This document shows positions 7,935 to 15,789 of a DNA stretch of 34,758 nt, one piece after another. A model generated the notes under the pieces. That model was given only the letters and a program-made list of their open reading frames with translations, did no database searches and was not told where the DNA came from. How positions within the stretch are numbered: the first letter of the stretch is position 1; the number at the start of each line of letters is the position of its first letter. The stretch covers positions 1-34,758 of IMG/VR virus record IMGVR_UViG_3300027751_000967. The stretch is one strand, 5' to 3'. Made by a program: the position numbers and the translations under genes. The stretch comes from a virus (taxonomy: Duplodnaviria > Caudoviricetes).

Positions 7935-9055
7935 TGTACTATTGCCTCTAATTCTTGTTGTTGTGCTCTTTTATCGAGTGGGTGATTATCGTACAGACAT
8001 TCTTTTTGAGCTTTACCCAACCGTGTTTTTTCTTCGATAGTCATAGCTTCAACACTCGCAAGAGTATTACCAACATATGCTTCCCCGTATATTGAACCTT
8101 CTTTATCTGAACATACAAGTATAGACTCTACATCTGCTACTTGTTGAACACGAGATCTCCACCAACCTGAACCAGCATGATAATACTCTGGCATCATACA
8201 ACCCCAGTTTTCATTATAGATTCTACACATATCAGGTTCTTTAACACGGAAGGTTTGGATACCAGCAGTGAGTTTGGTTTCTCGTCTTGGGCCAAAATTC
8301 AATACGTCCCAAGTAGGTTTTTGTTTGTTGAACCATGGCATGGTTTTACTTTGAACGATAGATGAGAATACCCATTGTAATTTCTTTTCTTCGGGTGGAA
8401 GAATAATTGGCTCATCATCAAAGAAACTTAGAATACCTGGATCTTCTCCATAGTTATTCTCAGGCCTACGATTTAGGTTGTAAGGATTTGGATTGTAATT
8501 AACAATGTCACCTTTATAGTCAAGCTTAAAGGCGTTGTTGTCACCCCCGTCAAAAGAACAGAGAAGCAATGTATTTGTTTTTCTGTTTACAATTTCACAA
8601 CCTTCAATGAATGTATCAATATGATCACCAAGCTTTTCAAGTTTAGTATCACCTTTATAGAGGTCAGCCAAGTATTTGTTTGTTCCATACTCTAGGAACG
8701 GTTTACCTGTTTCTTTCCACTCTTTAAGATTCTCTTGGTATAGTTTAAACGATACAAATACTTCACGTACTTGCCAATCGTCGTTTCCGAGAATAGCGTC
8801 AGGCCTTGCTTTGAGTACATACAGTGCATCAAAAGCATGGTGACTAAAGGATTTTACAGATGATAGATACACGATTACTTTGTCGTAGGCAGTTATATTC
8901 TCACCAATACTCACAGTTCTTTGGTCGACCTCGTGTCCCATATCTTCAAGACAGCGAATCAACGAATAGTGTGAGTTTAGGATTTTGAGTTCTTTACCTA
9001 GAAAATAATCACGTGTACATTGCTCTTTATTAAAGCCAGTGATTAAGATTTTCAT
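7931..9055 (-). CDS. GT-B glycosyltransferase resembling T4 DNA beta-glucosyltransferase
   Basis: Colinear blocks match remembered T4 BGT: LEDMGHEVD, YDKVIVYLSS, VLNFGPRRE, RVQQVADVESILV. Confidence 0.6.
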   Translation of the reverse strand: MKILITGFNKEQCTRDYFLGKELKILNSHYSLIRCLEDMGHEVDQRTVSIGENITAYDKVIVYLSSVKSFSHHAFDALYVLKARPDAILGNDDWQVREVFVSFKLYQENLKEWKETGKPFLEYGTNKYLADLYKGDTKLEKLGDHIDTFIEGCEIVNRKTNTLLLCSFDGGDNNAFKLDYKGDIVNYNPNPYNLNRRPENNYGEDPGILSFFDDEPIILPPEEKKLQWVFSSIVQSKTMPWFNKQKPTWDVLNFGPRRETKLTAGIQTFRVKEPDMCRIYNENWGCMMPEYYHAGSGWWRSRVQQVADVESILVCSDKEGSIYGEAYVGNTLASVEAMTIEEKTRLGKAQKECLYDNHPLDKRAQQQELEAIVQ

Positions 9056-9073
9056 TCAATTTCTCCATAATTA

Positions 9074-10159
9074 TCAAAAGAAGCTACTTAGAGAAGCTTC
9101 TGCATTATTATTATCTATTATAACACATTCTATAGTTTTGTCAACTACTTTTTCAATATTTTTTTGCCATGCCTTAAGAGAGTGTTTTTCTTTAGTCATT
9201 TCAGAGATTTCAAGTCTCTGTTCAAAAGTAGTTTTGTTTAGCGATCGTACGATATCGGCAAGGTCGTTACCTTTTACTGACGTTCGTACTTTCGTTATAT
9301 GTTTATTTATGACCGGTATCTGCTCGGATGCATGGGTATCAGTTGAGTTAGTTACTAGTACAGTTGGCAAACCGTGGGCTAATGCTTCAAGAGCAGTAAT
9401 ACCCCAAGTCTCTACAGGACAAGTTGAAATATAACATCCAGCTTGTGCCATATAAGCCATAGTGTCTTTATAAGACAAACCACGAATAACTTCATTTGGT
9501 TTTTCCCAAGCTAAGTTGTCTTCGTGATATTTAAGATGGTCACCGTACAGTAATTCAGCTACGTGAGAAGTCAGTACAACATTATGTAATCCTGAGCCGT
9601 TTAGTTTCTTAGGCATCCAAAATGGATTCTTTGTCTTATCAGTACGGCCTACAGTAACTGCATCGTAAGTACATTCAAGCACCTTCTCATCGCCCATACT
9701 AAAAGCAGAATCAATAAAATCTACGATCGGTAGTGGTTTACCTTCAACCCTTTGGCTAAGTTTATCCATACCAATATGTTGATGTCTAGATACAAATGCA
9801 ACTACTCCACCATTTGCTTGAAACTCATGCATCTGTTGCATGTGACCAATTTTAGAAATACCACCAGCAGCAGTATGACTAATCCACAATATAGGTGTAT
9901 TAGTTTTTGCTTGTAATCTAGTAGTAAGTGGTGCGTTATCATAATTAACAATAACAACATCTGGTTGGTAAGTATCAATAGCAGCAGTGATTTTATCAGT
10001 CACTCTACGCTTCTTTCGATCTTCATCTGTAAAATGTACAGGGATTACATCGTCAAAGTTTTGATAGATTAATTGAGCAAATCTCTCAATTCCACCGATA
10101 ACAACAGAGTCTGTAATCTCAATATTGTTTCTTGTAAAGTATGGTAGAAGTATTCTCAT
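9074..10159 (-). CDS. GT-B glycosyltransferase (GT4-like, retaining)
   Basis: N-terminal GGIERF, VGRTDKTKN, ETWGITALEALAHGLP (E-x7-E). Confidence 0.85.
   Translation of the reverse strand: MRILLPYFTRNNIEITDSVVIGGIERFAQLIYQNFDDVIPVHFTDEDRKKRRVTDKITAAIDTYQPDVVIVNYDNAPLTTRLQAKTNTPILWISHTAAGGISKIGHMQQMHEFQANGGVVAFVSRHQHIGMDKLSQRVEGKPLPIVDFIDSAFSMGDEKVLECTYDAVTVGRTDKTKNPFWMPKKLNGSGLHNVVLTSHVAELLYGDHLKYHEDNLAWEKPNEVIRGLSYKDTMAYMAQAGCYISTCPVETWGITALEALAHGLPTVLVTNSTDTHASEQIPVINKHITKVRTSVKGNDLADIVRSLNKTTFEQRLEISEMTKEKHSLKAWQKNIEKVVDKTIECVIIDNNNAEASLSSFF
9117..9144 (-). promoter_or_regulatory. Promoter embedded in the GT4 3' end, driving the BGT-like/MTase-like/dexA/GT-A genes
   Basis: TTGACA-16-TATAAT with the GTTGACAAA and TGTGTTATAAT flanks seen at the other promoters. 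Confidence 0.6.
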
Positions 10160-10210
10160 TGTTCAGGTAGTTCTCACTGGTACATTATAAAGGTGTGTTT
10201 ATATATTATA

Positions 10211-10681
10211 TTATTTATGAAGTTCTAACACCGTAGGTCCTTGTAGGAACTCTGTGTCGACTCCAGCTTCAACAAATAGATTAAGGGATTTAGAAAATGA
10301 AGCAACCCATTTTTCAGGAATGTTTCCATCAGTTGCCATAACAACTCTTTTAACACCAACTTGAATGATACCTCTTGCACAGTCGTTGCAGGTCGGTAGC
10401 CCCCAAACATAAATGGTAGAATCTTTTAAAGATGTACCACTGTATGTAGCGTTATAGATTGCATTCATTTCAGCGTGAATTACTGTTTCGTATTTCACTT
10501 CTTTATCTTCGTAACGTTCAGGAGTATCGGCTATTCCCTTAGGAAAGCCATTGTAACCTGTAGCTAATACTCTACGTTCGTCGTTTACAATTACTGCACC
10601 AATTTGTGTACTTGGATCTTTTGACCAAGTAGCTACTTCTCGGGCTAGTCTTGCAAATCTTGCATCCCATTTATCAGCCAT
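10211..10681 (-). CDS. cd: dCMP deaminase
   Basis: SKDPSTQIGAVIV, TGYNG, HAEMNAI, PTCNDC. Confidence 0.93.
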   Translation of the reverse strand: MADKWDARFARLAREVATWSKDPSTQIGAVIVNDERRVLATGYNGFPKGIADTPERYEDKEVKYETVIHAEMNAIYNATYSGTSLKDSTIYVWGLPTCNDCARGIIQVGVKRVVMATDGNIPEKWVASFSKSLNLFVEAGVDTEFLQGPTVLELHK

Positions 10682-11336
10682 TCATTAATTCCTCAATGAA
10701 ATTAAAGTGTCTTTCGTACACATGGAAGTTAGAAGCTGTCCAGATTAGATTACCAGGCTCTACACCGAGAGCAAAGGCAAGATCATTTTGAACATACTTA
10801 GCCCAAGCATAATCATTATTATAGCCGAATACAGCATCGTTGGATCTCATCAAATAGTGAGATTCAAGTTTACCATCACGAATATAAAATGTATTTGCAT
10901 ATGTACACATAAAGTCGTTCATACCATCACGTGACATGTCAACGTGCATCGATGGACGATTGTAGATCATAGTAGCTCTACGGCTGTTTGGATTATTCTT
11001 TAACTCACGTAGAACATGCTGATATTGGCTACCATTCTCTTTTGAGTAGATACACCAACCATAATTTGAATTAATCATACCTTCAGTAGAAGCAATTGAT
11101 TTCCAAATCTGTGGTGTCTCACCAGGTATATCATTAACGTTTAACGATTGTGATTTGTACCACTCAAGTTCACGTTCAATATACTTGTAAGCTGGTTTAC
11201 GAATAACATAATCTTGATCAGCGATAAATGTAGCGCCAATCATTTCAATAGTCTTGGCGCCAGTTCTGTCGATAACAAAATCTTTAGCTAGATATTTGAA
11301 AGATAACTCTTTTCTTATATTAGCGACAGTCAACAT
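10674..11336 (-). CDS. g42: dCMP hydroxymethylase (T4 gp42-like, thymidylate synthase fold)
   Basis: RELEWYKS, DIPGETPQIW, INSNYGW, SRR, DFMCT (catalytic Cys), MRSNDAVFGYNND (Asp at the dCMP-specificity position), HVYERHF. Confidence 0.9.
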   Translation of the reverse strand: MLTVANIRKELSFKYLAKDFVIDRTGAKTIEMIGATFIADQDYVIRKPAYKYIERELEWYKSQSLNVNDIPGETPQIWKSIASTEGMINSNYGWCIYSKENGSQYQHVLRELKNNPNSRRATMIYNRPSMHVDMSRDGMNDFMCTYANTFYIRDGKLESHYLMRSNDAVFGYNNDYAWAKYVQNDLAFALGVEPGNLIWTASNFHVYERHFNFIEELMNG

Positions 11337-11590
11337 TAGATGATCTCCAACAACGCTTCCATATCTTCAGCTTCGGTTACAACTGAACTGATGTTTTGCC
11401 TATGAAAAACTCTTGCAGCTTTTCTAAGGGTTGCTTTAGGAATATCAACGTCTTCTGCAAGACTTTCAATTGCTTCTTTCTGAAAAGCTCTTTCTGATTC
11501 CTGTCTTAGGAAAGAATTGCTGATCTCGTCAAAGCAGCCACGAATGCGTTTTTTGTCTTCGTCGCTCGAAGGTAAAATAATATTACTCAT
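11336..11590 (-). CDS. dsbA: dsDNA-binding protein DsbA-like
   Basis: 84-aa helical protein, EISNS...KEAIESLAE...LRKAARVFHRQN. Confidence 0.75.
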   Translation of the reverse strand: MSNIILPSSDEDKKRIRGCFDEISNSFLRQESERAFQKEAIESLAEDVDIPKATLRKAARVFHRQNISSVVTEAEDMEALLEII

Positions 11591-11934
11591 AATTTAGTAC
11601 TCCTGTTAAATACATCTTTAGTTGAATCTTGACCTGTAATACCTTGACGACAATAAGAGACAAAGAAACTTGAATAGTTAATTAAGTCTTTTGCTGAATC
11701 TTCAAGGGACTCAAAGTTAGGATCATAATCATCTGACTGCATCGCTTCCATAACTGATTTCATACGTAGCATTTTTGCGTGCATGATATCATGTATAGTC
11801 GTGATTCCGTTAGGATAGTAGTCAGCTTGTTGAACAGTCGAGTTTGGATTTTGATAATCTCTCGACTTTTTCAATTGTAAGTCAACGCACTCTTGTAGTA
11901 CATCAACTGAAACTGGGTTAACCTGTTTGGTCAT
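11587..11934 (-). CDS. DUF1599/nucleotide-modification-associated all-alpha (MazG-like) protein
   Basis: KKSRDY, KMLR, ESLEDSAKDLINY pattern. Confidence 0.65.
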   Translation of the reverse strand: MTKQVNPVSVDVLQECVDLQLKKSRDYQNPNSTVQQADYYPNGITTIHDIMHAKMLRMKSVMEAMQSDDYDPNFESLEDSAKDLINYSSFFVSYCRQGITGQDSTKDVFNRSTKL

Positions 11935-11957
11935 TGTTTACTCCATAATAAAAGTAT

Positions 11958-11986
11958 ATTATAACACATCTAAATGTATTTGTCAA
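11958..11986 (-). promoter_or_regulatory. Sigma70-type promoter for the DUF1599-dsbA-g42-cd operon
   Basis: TTGACA-17-TATAAT. Confidence 0.8.
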
Positions 11987-11993
11987 CCCTTTT

Positions 11994-12221
11994 TTAAACA
12001 ACTTTAGGTGGGATTGGTGCAGCAAATGATCCAATAGTGTTTCTCTTATCTTCTGCTTCTGCAAGTTTTCCAATTTCGCCGTCTAGCGTTTCAATGATGC
12101 CAGGATGTTCAGCCACCCCAACTACGTTTTGGAGCAATATAGCTATGTTTGCTGTATGCTCTGCAATCTGCGCGTCGTATTTCATAATAAGCGCGTTGAT
12201 TATTGTTTCTTTCATTTCCAT
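11994..12221 (-). CDS. Small hypothetical protein of a type seen in marine T4-like phages
   Basis: N..VGVAEHPGIIET pattern; SD AGGAG. Confidence 0.7.
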   Translation of the reverse strand: MEMKETIINALIMKYDAQIAEHTANIAILLQNVVGVAEHPGIIETLDGEIGKLAEAEDKRNTIGSFAAPIPPKVV

Positions 12222-12233
12222 GATCTCTATCTC

Positions 12234-12635
12234 CTATAGATCTTTAAATTTACCGTGATTTCCTTCATGAGAAGGCGGATACCAGGACTCTGGTTTAATT
12301 AGGTCAGGTACTCCGAGTGGATTCGGTCTTGATGGTTTTTCTCCAACCTCTTTGTTCATATTTGCTAATAACACTTCGTCCCAAGCTTTATAGGGATTAA
12401 CACCGAAGGCGTCAAGTGTACCGATAGCAACAACACACAGATCAATCAAGCCATCTACAATTTCTTCTGCGTCGTTCTCAGCTACTGCTTTACGTGTTTC
12501 TTCCAACTCTTCGTTTAGAAACTCAACACGAAACTTTAGAAACTCTAATAGTTTCTCTGGATTAGCTTCAACCCATTGTCTTGTAAGATATTTACCTTGC
12601 ATTAAGTGTATATCTTCTACCCAATTTTTACTCAT
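12234..12635 (-). CDS. MazG-like NTP pyrophosphohydrolase (candidate dCTPase)
   Basis: EELEE...EIVDGLIDL acidic motif, ANMNK, DLIKPESW. Confidence 0.75.
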   Translation of the reverse strand: MSKNWVEDIHLMQGKYLTRQWVEANPEKLLEFLKFRVEFLNEELEETRKAVAENDAEEIVDGLIDLCVVAIGTLDAFGVNPYKAWDEVLLANMNKEVGEKPSRPNPLGVPDLIKPESWYPPSHEGNHGKFKDL

Positions 12636-12847
12636 ACTAATTCTCTCAATTCAGTAAATCCACCAATTGCTTCACCATCCATAGTAATCTGTGGGAAGGT
12701 TCTTGCAGTTGGAAACTTTTCAAAAAAATCATCTTGTTTGTAATCAACATCCAAGGATTTATATACAAAGTCCAATCCTTTGGACTCACATAACTGTTTA
12801 GCCATATTACAATAGCCACAGTTCTCTTTTCCGTATATTTCTATCAT
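12632..12847 (-). CDS. nrdC: Glutaredoxin (NrdC-like)
   Basis: CGYC, RTFPQI, IGGFTEL. Confidence 0.92.
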   Translation of the reverse strand: MIEIYGKENCGYCNMAKQLCESKGLDFVYKSLDVDYKQDDFFEKFPTARTFPQITMDGEAIGGFTELRELV

Positions 12848-13140
12848 ACGAGTTGTAGACCACCGTCACCGGGTCCGCCTGGCATGATTAGTCCTGTTGT
12901 TGCTTCAATTACTTGCTTCTTCAACTCAGGTGCAGGTTCTACTGTAAACATTACGTGTGCTTCACCGATAACAACTGGTTCACGAGTAGCATAAGGTACG
13001 AATGGAACCATTCCAATTTTACCTTCTCCTGCCGGTACTAATAGGATCGCGTCTGTTAACGTGTAAAATCCTTTATCATAGACTACTTTAGCAACAACTT
13101 CTTCACCTGTTGATAGCCTTACTATTTGAATATCTTTCAT
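12844..13140 (-). CDS. Conserved T4-like hypothetical protein (possible Sm-like fold)
   Basis: IVRLSTGEEVVAKV pattern; GGAG SD supports ATG 13140. Confidence 0.7.
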   Translation of the reverse strand: MKDIQIVRLSTGEEVVAKVVYDKGFYTLTDAILLVPAGEGKIGMVPFVPYATREPVVIGEAHVMFTVEPAPELKKQVIEATTGLIMPGGPGDGGLQLV

Positions 13141-13163
13141 ATTTTTCTCCAATGTAGGGGTAT

Positions 13164-13192
13164 ATTATAACACATTTAGAACCATTTGTCAA
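13164..13192 (-). promoter_or_regulatory. Sigma70-type promoter overlapping the g43 stop
   Basis: TTGACA-17-TATAAT. Confidence 0.8.
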
Positions 13193-15732
13193 CCGAAAAA
13201 TGAGTCTAATGTATCTTGTTTCTCTCCAGTCCAGCCAAGAGGCGATATGATGTTTTCAATAGGACTGAGGAATACTTTGTTAAATTGAGTTTCGTAGTCA
13301 ATGTATTTCTCTAAGCCAAACTCTTTTGGTAAAGCGCTTGGAAATGAGATTACATTCTCACGAATAGGGTTTGGTACTTTAAGATAAACGTATTTGATCT
13401 TATCGCCACCTTTAACAGGCTCGAATCGCTTAGTAAGCTTTTTCTCTGCGAGTTGGTGGTTAAATAAGATACAGCCACGAACATGGATAGGACAACCTTT
13501 ATTATAAAGAGTTGTTCTGTTTTCATATTTCTGTATGTTATCAGTACCAGAGTTTCTAGCAACTTCTTCAGCAGGTAGTTTATAGAACTCTTGTCTGAAG
13601 TTTTCAATGAAGTCTTGAGTTTGTTCTTCACCTTCGTTTAGAATAACACTGAAGATCTCACGCATTTTATCACGGCAGACTTCAGGTGTGCTTGATCGTA
13701 CAGACTCAAGACCTGTTACACTGATCTTTGGCTTTTCGTAATGAACACCTTCTGAGTTGAGAGTATTTAGTATGTAACGTTTCTTAGCAATAAAGATTGC
13801 TCGATCGTTAATCTTCTCTCGTTTCATTACCATAGCATTACGATAGGCACCCATGTCAGATGCAAGACGTTCGTAGCCTTGTTCAATGACCTCTTCGATC
13901 TTAGTCTGGCAGACTTTATCTAGGAACTCTTCTCCTGTCTTACGATCAATGTCTGTAGTACCATAGACTTTTTCGATCAGTGAAGCGAAGTCAACATAGA
14001 TTGAGTCAGTGTCAATATAGATGATATAGTCATGGTCTTTTGTTTTGAGTACCTTGTTGAGATATTCATTTACAGACTTTTGAGCATATCGAATCGAGAG
14101 TTGACCAGACGTTGTAATAGCTTCTGCCATTTCTCCAATATAATATAAGAAGTAGATGTTTGCTGTAGCTCCGTAGAGTGAGTTCATCGAAATCTTAATA
14201 GACATTTGAGAATTATGTAATTGGTTAGCTTCTGTCTTCAGTCGTTTCTTTTCTCTTGGGTCAGTTTCAACCTCAAGTTGTTGTTCAACTGCAAGCATCT
14301 GCTGTTTGATAAGAGCACGTTCATCGTAGTACTCTTGAATGATGCCTGGGATAATACCGACTTTTTCATTACTGAAACATACACCATTAGCGCCAACCGA
14401 CATACCATTCTTGTTTTTGAATTGACCATTAAGTACCATGTCTTGAGTTACATACTCACGTTCGTCTGGCATATAAGTTTCAGGCGACATATTGTATTGT
14501 AACATTAAGTGAGGATACAGTGAGTTCAAGTCAAACGATACAACCCATGGATACATACCAGGTACTGGATCTTTAACATAGCCACCAACAAGATCTGCAC
14601 CACGACGGCCAGGTGACTCTTTGATAGGTGGAACGATTTTGTCTTTCATTAATCGTCTGTAGATAATAGATTCCCATATACCAACAGTACCGAAAGCGTC
14701 TTGGTAGTTTACACCACCACCATAAGCAACTGTCATAACAAGAGCAAGTAGAGATGTTTCTTCTTCCATTCTTACAATGAGCTGTGTGTCTTTAAGGTTG
14801 TAGTCAAGATATAGTTGTGGGTTCTTCTCGTATAAGTCGTTTAGATTACCATACTCAGAGTAGTCAAGTTTCTTCTCACCAAGAATAACGTGAGCAATAT
14901 GGTCAAGTTTAAATGATTCTTGAGGACCATACTTGTAACCGAACTTCTTGAAACAATCCATATAGTCAATAACAGAAACACCTGAGATGTTGTAAGAAGA
15001 TTGCATCTTACCAAAGAACTCTCGATTGTATTTGTTAACGTTTTTCCAAGGACTGAGTCGAGCTGCAACGTCTTCACCCATCAAGCTCATAATACGAGTT
15101 ACGAGGTATTGAATATCAAAGTATTGAACGTTCCAACCTGTTACAATATCAGGATAGTCTGCTACCCATAATTCTACGAACCTTCGTAGTAGTTGCATTT
15201 CATTATCAAATTTAATAAAGACAATGTCGTCTGGATCAATACCAGTAACAGTTTGTGTCTTATCGTAGTCTTTGCGACCAAGTAGGAAGTACTTATCACT
15301 TTTAGAAGACTTGTAAGCGATCGATGTGATCTCTTTATCTGCTATTTCAACGTTAGGATAGCCATCAGCGATATCAACCTCAATATCAAAAGATACTATA
15401 TTAACATCTTTGAAATCATATTTGATATCGTCAGGATAGTTTTCTTGTATGAACTGTGTAATGTAATTTGTATTACCAAAGATCTTCATGTTGGAAACAC
15501 CTTTGTATTCCTCGATGAAGTCTTTGCTTTCAGCCATAGAACCAAATTGGTGTGGACTGATTTTGTAATTACCTTTGAGGGGCGTATAGCCCTCTTCGCC
15601 TGCTTTGGCGCTGCTTAGGTAGAGTGTTGGTTTATACGGTACTTTGTACGAGAAACGTTTACCGTTCTCATAACCGCGCCATAGAATGTTTTTGCCATAT
15701 CGCTCGACTGAGGTGTAGAATGCTGTCATCAT
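13189..15732 (-). CDS. g43: Family B DNA polymerase gp43
   Basis: FDIEV, TGWNVQYFD, SFDLNSLYP, KISMNSLYG, YIDTDS, KKRY; C-terminal clamp-binding TLDSFF. Confidence 0.98.
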   Translation of the reverse strand: MMTAFYTSVERYGKNILWRGYENGKRFSYKVPYKPTLYLSSAKAGEEGYTPLKGNYKISPHQFGSMAESKDFIEEYKGVSNMKIFGNTNYITQFIQENYPDDIKYDFKDVNIVSFDIEVDIADGYPNVEIADKEITSIAYKSSKSDKYFLLGRKDYDKTQTVTGIDPDDIVFIKFDNEMQLLRRFVELWVADYPDIVTGWNVQYFDIQYLVTRIMSLMGEDVAARLSPWKNVNKYNREFFGKMQSSYNISGVSVIDYMDCFKKFGYKYGPQESFKLDHIAHVILGEKKLDYSEYGNLNDLYEKNPQLYLDYNLKDTQLIVRMEEETSLLALVMTVAYGGGVNYQDAFGTVGIWESIIYRRLMKDKIVPPIKESPGRRGADLVGGYVKDPVPGMYPWVVSFDLNSLYPHLMLQYNMSPETYMPDEREYVTQDMVLNGQFKNKNGMSVGANGVCFSNEKVGIIPGIIQEYYDERALIKQQMLAVEQQLEVETDPREKKRLKTEANQLHNSQMSIKISMNSLYGATANIYFLYYIGEMAEAITTSGQLSIRYAQKSVNEYLNKVLKTKDHDYIIYIDTDSIYVDFASLIEKVYGTTDIDRKTGEEFLDKVCQTKIEEVIEQGYERLASDMGAYRNAMVMKREKINDRAIFIAKKRYILNTLNSEGVHYEKPKISVTGLESVRSSTPEVCRDKMREIFSVILNEGEEQTQDFIENFRQEFYKLPAEEVARNSGTDNIQKYENRTTLYNKGCPIHVRGCILFNHQLAEKKLTKRFEPVKGGDKIKYVYLKVPNPIRENVISFPSALPKEFGLEKYIDYETQFNKVFLSPIENIISPLGWTGEKQDTLDSFFG

Positions 15733-15755
15733 AGGTTTCCATATTGTAAGAGTAT

Positions 15756-15784
15756 ATTATATCACAGTTGTAGGTGTTTGTCAA
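15756..15784 (-). promoter_or_regulatory. Sigma70-type promoter for g43
   Basis: TTGACA-17-TATAAT. Confidence 0.8.
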
Positions 15785-15789
15785 CCTTT

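Noticed and set aside
10674-11336. Calling this gene an ordinary thymidylate synthase (thyA/td)
   Set aside because: It has the gp42 signature blocks and Asp rather than Asn at the specificity position, and thyX is present separately
13189-15732. Intein or intron in g43 or other core genes
   Set aside because: Lengths are typical and motifs contiguous; no splicing or homing-domain signatures seen
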